Positions 49,316-56,257 of a stretch of 64,000 bases of DNA are shown here, one piece after another; position 1 is the stretch's first letter; the number at the start of each line of letters is the position of its first letter. Source of the stretch: Candidatus Bipolaricaulota bacterium (GTDB taxonomy: Bacteria > Bipolaricaulota > Bipolaricaulia > UBA7950 > UBA9294); the NCBI GenBank assembly GCA_040752575.1, contig JBFMGK010000027.1, positions 90,360 through 154,359 of the forward strand, read 5' to 3'. Below the pieces are notes generated by a model, which saw only the letters and a list, made by a program, of their open reading frames with translations, made no database searches and was not told where the DNA came from. Both the position numbers and the translations under genes were made by a program.

Positions 49316-52222
49316 CTATTCTGAGTCCAACGAAATGTGGAGAGGAACCAGGGTGACGTACTGACCGGCCGCGGCGTCGTACGCCGAAAGCATGGCCGCC
49401 TGCGGGATCCCTTCGGGAACGACAAGATCGTAGATCCCAGGTGCCCAGAACGGGTCTGGGTTGCCGCCACCAGCCCACTCGCCCGGCGATGCGCCGATCG
49501 ACCGCAGGTAATTCTGGCCGTATCCGTCCTGCGATCCTACGAGAACGTAGTGCCAACCCTCCGCCGCAGGAAGATACAGCTTAGGGATCGTGACGATGAC
49601 GCGCCCGCGCTTGGGGTCGGACGCGACTTCGACGAGGAACGGCCCCTCGCCGGCTGCGGTCCAGAGGTGGCGTCCGTAGGCCGGCCATCCGGCGACGCGC
49701 ACGAAGACATCCCAGGGGTGGTTGGGATCGAATGCGACGCGGGCCGCTTCACCCTCAGGGTGGGAATCCGTGAGTCCGCCGTCGGCTACGTCGAAGTAGA
49801 GGTAGAGGAGTGGATGGCTGAATCCTTGAGGTCCGTTCCAGGGGTTCGGCAGTGCGGCGAAGTCGTACGCGAACTGCCAGCTGGTTCCGGCATCGTAGAC
49901 GCTGTAGCGGACGAGGTCGAACAAGCCCTCCACGTCGAAGACGCTGTTGAGCGGATAGACGTAGGAGCCGGGCCCGTAGTCGTCGCCTCGAGGGTCGTCG
50001 ACCGAGGCCCGCTCGACTCCGCGGATGAGCGTTGGGATCGAGGCGAGGAGCGGTGTCTGGGGGATCTTCCCCATGGTCTCGCCGGCACGCTCCAGGACAA
50101 CGGTCAGCGTGACGGCCTTGCCGGGCTCGACGCCCAGCTCAGCGAAGGGGACCGAGAACTCGATCACGCTTCCCACGGCCGCCTTCCGCTGGGCAATCGT
50201 CGGCAACGTCGAGGCATAGGTCCAGCCGCCGCGCCCGTCCGCCGCGTACTTGGAGACGATCCCGACGCCATTCGCGTCCAGCTTCGAGAAGCTCAACTGG
50301 ATCGCGCTGGCCAACGGGAACCCAAGACTGGCTGAGCCGTACCTCGTTGCCACATTGGCCGGCTCGCCGGGCCGCCCCGAGGCATACAGCGCCAGGATCA
50401 AGTCCTGGCCGACGAAAGCCGATGCAGAGTCCAGAGTCTCCACCTGCACGCAGAGATTCGTTTCGCGATAGGCGAGGCGCAGTGCTGCGAGCGGGCCCTG
50501 CGAAGTGACCGTGACCGCGTCGCTCCAGCCCTCGCTCGCTTCGGAGATGCCATTCACCGTGGGAGAAACCTCGCCAAGGCTTGCCGGCATCGGCGGAACC
50601 AAGCGCAGCGTGAGCACGGCGGGAACCTCCTCGGGTTGGACCCCTGCGGCGCGGTAAGCTCCGATGAGATGGGACTTGAAAAGCCAGTCGAAGAGGTCAT
50701 CGGTGTTGGAGTCCTGATCCGTGCCGTACCACCAGAACCAGTCCGACCCCTGTGCGGCGTATATCGCGGAGAGGGCCTCGGCAGGGTCGCCCGCCGCCGA
50801 GACCGCGGCGCGCGCCGCGGCCAGATGTTCCCAAGCTTCATCCTCGTCGGGCTCTCCGCTCCAGGTTGCAAGGTCTCCGGCCCACGAGCCGACGGGCAGC
50901 GAGGGCAGTGCAAGGAGCGTCGAGACGGAGGCCAGGGCTTCACTCGGCGTCACAGCGCGAACCCAGTCGGCGTCTGCGAGAGCCGCGTAGAGCTGACGTA
51001 GGAAACTGCGGCCATTGTTGGGGTATCCGGCCATGAACATCCAGTTCTCGCCGTCGAGGGCGATCGTCAGCAGCCGCCCTGTCGGGTCCTCGACCTCATC
51101 GTAGATGCGCCGCAACTCGCCCATGAAGTCCGCAACGGCGGCCTCCGTGGGCTTGTTCCCGTAGGCAAAGCTGATGCGGTTCGAGAGCTCGGACTCGCGG
51201 AACAGAAGCGCCGTGCCCTCGTAGCAGTACACCTGCGTCAGGTCCGCCGCGCTGGGCGAGCGTCCCAGCGCTTGCGCAAGGAGGCCCTCGTCGGTCGTTG
51301 TCCAAGCGAAGCCGGCGTCCGAGAGGAGGGAGACCGCCGCGTCGGACACCGCCTGCTCTGGGGGCCAGACGCCTTCTGCGGGCGCACCAAACAGCCGCTC
51401 GTGTTGGGCCTGGGCCGCGGCGAGTTGCCCGATAACGTCGCCCTCCCATCCGCGTGCGGCAAGGAGCGGCAGGATAGGATGGTAGAAGGGGCTCGTGAAC
51501 AGCTCGTTTCCCAATGCGGCGGCGGCGCGGTAGGCGTCGACCACGCTCTGAAGGACCCGCATCTGCGCTTCGAGAACGATCTGGATGTCCGGCCACGTCC
51601 AATCGCGGTGCCCGCGAAGCGACGCGACGCCGAAGCTCTCGTGAAGCTCGGGCGAGATCTGCCACAGAAGGAAGAGGCCGGAGGCGTCGAGCAGCTCCTG
51701 ATCATCGAGATCTCTTGTCCCGCGCAGGGCGTTGAGCTCCGCGTATCGAAGGTCGAAATACGGGTCGTTCGCGTCGTCGTCGAACATGTAGCCGTTGATC
51801 CAGAACGCCTGTTCCTGCAGGTTGGCGCGATCGTCGGCGGGAAGGCCTGCGGCGTCGTGGACAAGGGTCCACAGCCACTTGAGGTGGTTGTCGACGGCGC
51901 CGACGAGTTCGTAGAGACCTCCCTTTGCGGCCTCCTCGGCGGTGATCGTCGCATAGTCCTCGAGCTGCCACAGAAGGCTCGGTTGGAGGTTGAATGCGAC
52001 GTGCACCGAGGGGAATTCCGCAGAGATCCGGGCCGAGTCAATGTACTCCTGCACCGCGTGGATGCGGACCCACGGCAGTTCGTACTCCCCGGTGAGGCGA
52101 TTCCAGTACAGCGGCTGGTGCTGGTGCCAGATTACGGCCACCTGCAAGGGAGACTTCTCTCCGACCGCCGCGACGCCGCTGAGCGACGCCGCGAGGAGCA
52201 ACATGATGACGACGCGTTTCAT
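49316..52222 (-). CDS. Secreted GH57 amylopullulanase-like enzyme with C-terminal glucodextranase/DOMON-like domains
   Basis: WHQHQPLY, PFYHPILPL, WPPEQAVS (nucleophile Glu), IALDGENW (acid/base Asp), SDWFWWYG; DPRGDDYGPGSYVYP, NPWNGPQGFS. Confidence 0.9.
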   Translation of the reverse strand: MKRVVIMLLLAASLSGVAAVGEKSPLQVAVIWHQHQPLYWNRLTGEYELPWVRIHAVQEYIDSARISAEFPSVHVAFNLQPSLLWQLEDYATITAEEAAKGGLYELVGAVDNHLKWLWTLVHDAAGLPADDRANLQEQAFWINGYMFDDDANDPYFDLRYAELNALRGTRDLDDQELLDASGLFLLWQISPELHESFGVASLRGHRDWTWPDIQIVLEAQMRVLQSVVDAYRAAAALGNELFTSPFYHPILPLLAARGWEGDVIGQLAAAQAQHERLFGAPAEGVWPPEQAVSDAAVSLLSDAGFAWTTTDEGLLAQALGRSPSAADLTQVYCYEGTALLFRESELSNRISFAYGNKPTEAAVADFMGELRRIYDEVEDPTGRLLTIALDGENWMFMAGYPNNGRSFLRQLYAALADADWVRAVTPSEALASVSTLLALPSLPVGSWAGDLATWSGEPDEDEAWEHLAAARAAVSAAGDPAEALSAIYAAQGSDWFWWYGTDQDSNTDDLFDWLFKSHLIGAYRAAGVQPEEVPAVLTLRLVPPMPASLGEVSPTVNGISEASEGWSDAVTVTSQGPLAALRLAYRETNLCVQVETLDSASAFVGQDLILALYASGRPGEPANVATRYGSASLGFPLASAIQLSFSKLDANGVGIVSKYAADGRGGWTYASTLPTIAQRKAAVGSVIEFSVPFAELGVEPGKAVTLTVVLERAGETMGKIPQTPLLASIPTLIRGVERASVDDPRGDDYGPGSYVYPLNSVFDVEGLFDLVRYSVYDAGTSWQFAYDFAALPNPWNGPQGFSHPLLYLYFDVADGGLTDSHPEGEAARVAFDPNHPWDVFVRVAGWPAYGRHLWTAAGEGPFLVEVASDPKRGRVIVTIPKLYLPAAEGWHYVLVGSQDGYGQNYLRSIGASPGEWAGGGNPDPFWAPGIYDLVVPEGIPQAAMLSAYDAAAGQYVTLVPLHISLDSE

Positions 52223-52227
52223 GGCAC

Positions 52228-54339
52228 TCACCTCCGAGTGACGACGAGCGTCGACGCGCCCGTCGGCACTTCGACGCAGACGATCTCGCCTCGCTCTACG
52301 GTCCGCAGAGGATGGCCGGACGCGTCGGCGACGTGGAGCGGATCAGGCGAGAAGAACGAGAACCAGTCTCGGCTTGCCTCGACGTGGATGTGCCAGGCGC
52401 CGTTCGTCGACGCGTGCTGCAGAGAGCCGACGGGCGCAGGGACTAGCTTGTCGAGGAAGCCGAGAGGAACGATGCCGTGGGCGCTGGGTGCGTACATCAT
52501 GTAGGCGACTTGTCCCGGAGCCAGGCGTCGAAACGTCGATTCGACGGTGCGGCCGGCGAGGACATCCCATGCCAGCGTCTCGGCGTCCGGACGCGGGAGC
52601 TCGAGGTCGGCCGTTCGATCGCTGGCATTCATCGCCCACACGTACTCCCAACGCGCCTCTCCCGCGAGGCGCTCGGTGCGGTAGACCTCGACGGGGCCTC
52701 CGAGCGTTGGCGTGTCGGGCATCGGCGGCGCGTCCGGGTGCAGAAGAACCCCGCGGGACGAGATCAACGAAGACACGAGCGCCGGGTCCGTCATCCCCGG
52801 GCCGTCTCCAATCCCGACAGGCCCGCAAGAGAGGGCACGCAGCGCGGCCTCGATGCGCGGCTCGGCTCCCCCGAGTCCAGGGTGAGCGCGCGAGAGGAAG
52901 AGGTCGTGGAATGGAAGAAGCCCCAGAGCGTAGAGCGCTGCGCCGACGAGGGCGTTCTGCCGCCGCAGGTGCCGCCGCTCCATCGCATCGCGGCGGAAGC
53001 CCGGATGCCCGAGGTTGGCGAGAGTCTCCAGCGCCTCTGGCTGACCGAACAGGTAATCGATGGCTGTGCGTGCCGCGAGGGCGTTCGGCATCTGGGTCGA
53101 GGCAAGGGCCATCCCCATCGTCTGCATGCACAACACCAAGCTCAGGCCCTGTCGGTGTAGTGCGCCGGCCATGTCCGAGAACCATCGATCGGCATGAACG
53201 GAATCGCTCCGCAGGGCGGAAGAGAGGTGCTGCTGCGTGCGAAGCCAGTCGTGCCACGCGGCACAGCCACCTTGGCGCGAGATTTCGGCCGCAACGTCTG
53301 TGTAGAAGTCAGCATCTCCGCCCTTCGCGCGGTAGCCGTTGTCTGCGGCCAGCGCGGAGAGGTGAAGCACGAAGCTCACGTCAAAGCGTCTTCCGAGGTC
53401 GGCAAGACCCCCTGCATACTTGGCCGGGTCCGGAGCGAATTGCACGGCTTGGCCGATCTCTCGGTAGGGGTACCAGAGGTCCAGACCCACGTACCCGATG
53501 GGGATGCCCATGCCGCGGAGCCCGGCGAGAACCTCGGCCAGGTGGTCCGCACCGAGTGGACGGATGGGCTCAGTGTAGTAGCCGCCGTAGGCATTCCACC
53601 ATCCCAGCGCGGACGTCGCCACGCTGGCCGCGGCGTCGGGGCGGCGCTTCCCGCCTTGTTGAAGAAGGGCATCCCCGAGCTGCAGGAGTGCCGCGGCGAC
53701 GTCATCGCCGCCGGCGCAAACGGTCTCGAGGATCGTCCCGGCGGGAAGCGATCCGATGGCTCCGTGCAATGCGCGCGCCGCACCACCGGGTGCGCGGACC
53801 AGAGGGCTCGTGAGAAACTGACTGGAGGGCGAGACGGCCAGCGCGCCACCCTCACCGTAGAGGACCAGGGGGGCGAACGCCTCCCTGGGCAGAGAGCCCG
53901 GCCCCCGGCCGCAGATCCCTGCGGGCCAGTATCCACCGAGCGATCCATCACCCGAGGATCCGAGCCCGTACGTGAAGGCGAGAAAGGCGGTTCCGGCAGC
54001 GAACTGGAACCGGGGCGCCGAGACGAGCGAGGTCTCGAAGGAGTCGTGGGTGGCCAGGTCCGAGACCGGCTCTTCGAGCACAACGCGGATCCAGACGACA
54101 TCGCCGCATGTCTCGACTTCCTGACGCGCTACGGGTTGCGTGCCCGCGGTCCAGGTTCTCTGGACGACACTCCGAAGCCCGCCGGCCCCCCGACCGATTG
54201 CGTGCTCCCAGGGTGAGGCCCGCAACGTCGTCTCTTGGTCGGCGCTCTGTCCGAACGAGACGGCGAGATCGCGAATCGCAACGCCGCCGCGCGCAATCGA
54301 CAACTCCCCGGAAGCGTCGATCCGCGCGGACAAGGTCAT
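52228..54339 (-). CDS. Uncharacterised glycoside-hydrolase-like protein (GH-D clan / raffinose-synthase-like features)
   Basis: Position in the sugar operon; LGWWNAYGGYY, YVGLDLWY, RALSCGPVGIGD resembling GH36/Sip1-type motifs; ATGA-coupled to the ROK gene. Confidence 0.5.
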   Translation of the reverse strand: MTLSARIDASGELSIARGGVAIRDLAVSFGQSADQETTLRASPWEHAIGRGAGGLRSVVQRTWTAGTQPVARQEVETCGDVVWIRVVLEEPVSDLATHDSFETSLVSAPRFQFAAGTAFLAFTYGLGSSGDGSLGGYWPAGICGRGPGSLPREAFAPLVLYGEGGALAVSPSSQFLTSPLVRAPGGAARALHGAIGSLPAGTILETVCAGGDDVAAALLQLGDALLQQGGKRRPDAAASVATSALGWWNAYGGYYTEPIRPLGADHLAEVLAGLRGMGIPIGYVGLDLWYPYREIGQAVQFAPDPAKYAGGLADLGRRFDVSFVLHLSALAADNGYRAKGGDADFYTDVAAEISRQGGCAAWHDWLRTQQHLSSALRSDSVHADRWFSDMAGALHRQGLSLVLCMQTMGMALASTQMPNALAARTAIDYLFGQPEALETLANLGHPGFRRDAMERRHLRRQNALVGAALYALGLLPFHDLFLSRAHPGLGGAEPRIEAALRALSCGPVGIGDGPGMTDPALVSSLISSRGVLLHPDAPPMPDTPTLGGPVEVYRTERLAGEARWEYVWAMNASDRTADLELPRPDAETLAWDVLAGRTVESTFRRLAPGQVAYMMYAPSAHGIVPLGFLDKLVPAPVGSLQHASTNGAWHIHVEASRDWFSFFSPDPLHVADASGHPLRTVERGEIVCVEVPTGASTLVVTRR

Positions 54340-55496
54340 TCCAATCCTCCCTGGGCCGGGACGCGGAAGAACTCCGCGGCGACGAGGGTCGCGGCGCCGA
54401 TCAGGAAGCCGTCGGAGCCGAGTTCCGCCGGGACGATGGCGAGCCGGTCCGCTTCCGCGGGGAACGAGTGGCGACGAACGACATCCTCGAGGGCGGGAAG
54501 GAAGAGATCGGCGGCATCCATCCTCTCTCCTCCTAGGACCACGGCTTCGGGGTTGAGCAGGTTCACGAGGTTTTTCGCTCCCAGTCCGAGAAACCGTCCC
54601 ATTCGCGTGAACGCCTCCCGCGCCGCGGCGCCCTGTCCGTTCCGCGCGGCGTGGGCCATCGCGTCGACCGACGCGAACCCTAGTCGAGAAGCCTCTTCCT
54701 TCAGAAAGCGATCCGAGGCGTAGACCTCAAGACAGCCCCTCTCCTGGCATCGGCACACGGGACCGTCGGGGTCGATCGTCATGTGCCCGACCTCTCCCGC
54801 ACCGCCGAAGGCTCCTCGGTAGATCTCCCCGCTGAGTACAACGCCTGCGCCGATACCTTCTCCAACGGTGATGCAGATGAAGTGTTGGAACTGCCGCCCT
54901 GCGCCGTACCAACGCTCTGCGAGCGCGAGGGCGTTCACGTCGTTCTCAACCCATACGGGAAGGCCGAGGCGTGCCTCGAGGGGCTCGCGGAGAGGGACGC
55001 GCTCCCAACCGAGAATGGGGCTGTAGAGGTCCACACCGGCGGTGGGGTCGACAAATCCGGAGACGGCAAGTCCGATGCCGAGTGTTCTCTCTGCAGCGAG
55101 CCGTTCGGCGAGCCGGCCCGTCACCTCGAGCACGCACTGCGGCGATGGGGGGGAGTCGATGGCGATGGCATCGCGACGCACGATTCTCCCCGTCATGTCG
55201 ACGCTGGCTGCGAGGACGCGCTCTCGCTCGACCTTCACGCCGATGGAAACGGCGTACTCGGGGTTCAGCGAGAGGAGGACCGCAGGGCGACCTCCGCTCG
55301 AGCCCTGCTTCCCCATCTCGCGAACGACACCCTCTTCTAGCAGCTCGCGGACGACGCGTGTAAGACAGGAAGGCGCAAGTCCGGTACGGTCGGCGATCTC
55401 GGTTCGCGACAGCGTTCCGTGCAGTCGCAGCAGGTTGATGATCAGGGCTCGGTTCTGGCGACGTACCAGATCCTGATCGCCCTTTGGGATGCGCAT
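54336..55496 (-). CDS. ROK family transcriptional repressor (NagC/XylR-like)
   Basis: N-terminal HTH (SRTEIADRTGL, GGRP), ENDVNA, GIGAG, GEVGH, CRCQERGCLE. Confidence 0.94.
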   Translation of the reverse strand: MRIPKGDQDLVRRQNRALIINLLRLHGTLSRTEIADRTGLAPSCLTRVVRELLEEGVVREMGKQGSSGGRPAVLLSLNPEYAVSIGVKVERERVLAASVDMTGRIVRRDAIAIDSPPSPQCVLEVTGRLAERLAAERTLGIGLAVSGFVDPTAGVDLYSPILGWERVPLREPLEARLGLPVWVENDVNALALAERWYGAGRQFQHFICITVGEGIGAGVVLSGEIYRGAFGGAGEVGHMTIDPDGPVCRCQERGCLEVYASDRFLKEEASRLGFASVDAMAHAARNGQGAAAREAFTRMGRFLGLGAKNLVNLLNPEAVVLGGERMDAADLFLPALEDVVRRHSFPAEADRLAIVPAELGSDGFLIGAATLVAAEFFRVPAQGGLE

Positions 55497-55500
55497 CGGG

Positions 55501-55525
55501 TTACTTCCTTCCCGGAATGAACTAA
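55501..55525. promoter_or_regulatory. Predicted ROK operator
   Basis: 25-bp imperfect palindrome TTACTTCCTTCC-C-GGAATGAACTAA (10/12 arm positions paired), XylR-like TTAGTT..AACTAA ends, between the -10 and the start codon. Confidence 0.7.
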
Positions 55526-55528
55526 GCC

Positions 55529-55558
55529 AGTATAGAATGCTCCCCGATGGGGAGTCAA
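55529..55558 (-). promoter_or_regulatory. Promoter of the ROK/maltodextrin operon
   Basis: TTGACT-N18-TATACT on the minus strand. Confidence 0.7.
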
Positions 55559-55578
55559 GATCCCGGGAGGAGCTTGGC

Positions 55579-55607
55579 TTGACCGGGCCTCGTCGTCCCT
55601 CTAGAGT
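55579..55607 (+). promoter_or_regulatory. Promoter of the phosphoesterase/ParB-fusion operon (probably leaderless)
   Basis: TTGACC-N17-TAGAGT, 8 nt before the GTG start; no SD sequence. Confidence 0.6.
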
Positions 55608-55615
55608 CAACGATC

Positions 55616-56257
55616 GTGAAGGCGCTGGTGTTGAGCGACGTCGTGAGGGAGGTCTTCTATGCCGAAGACCCGCACCGCACCGTAGGCGAGATCGACATCA
55701 TCCTGTCTTGCGGTGATCTGCCCTACGAGTACCTGGAGTATGTCCTGACCATGCTGAACGCTCCGCTCCTGTACGTGTACGGGAATCACGATCGAACCGT
55801 GTATGCCGAGGGGGGCGCGGTGAAGGAGGGGCCCGAGGGTGGCGTGGGGATTGACGGTCGGGTCGTGACGATCCGCACGCGTAGAGGAGACATCCTGCGC
55901 GTCGCCGGTCTCGGCGGAAGTCGCCGCTATAACGCAGGTTCTCACCAGTACAGCGAGGCCGAGATGCGAGCGCGCATCCGGCGCATGTCCCCTCGCCTGT
56001 TCTGGAATCTCTGGCGGCAAGGGCGAGGCGCGGATCTTGTGATCAGCCATGCAGCTCCCTGGGGAATCCACGACAACGCGGATCCTTGCCATCGCGGGTT
56101 CCGGGCCTACGTGAAGCTCATCGACCGGTTCCGGCCGAGGGTCTGGCTGCACGGGCACGTCCACCCGGAATACCAGACGGACCTTGCGGTTCGCCGGCGA
56201 GGCGACACCGAAGTGCGTTCGGTCTACGGCTACTCCGTCGTCGAGGTGAACCCTTGA
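55616..56257 (+). CDS. Calcineurin-like metallophosphoesterase
   Basis: LSD, CGDL, YGNHD, ISHA, HGHVH metal-binding motifs. Confidence 0.9.
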   Translation: MKALVLSDVVREVFYAEDPHRTVGEIDIILSCGDLPYEYLEYVLTMLNAPLLYVYGNHDRTVYAEGGAVKEGPEGGVGIDGRVVTIRTRRGDILRVAGLGGSRRYNAGSHQYSEAEMRARIRRMSPRLFWNLWRQGRGADLVISHAAPWGIHDNADPCHRGFRAYVKLIDRFRPRVWLHGHVHPEYQTDLAVRRRGDTEVRSVYGYSVVEVNP

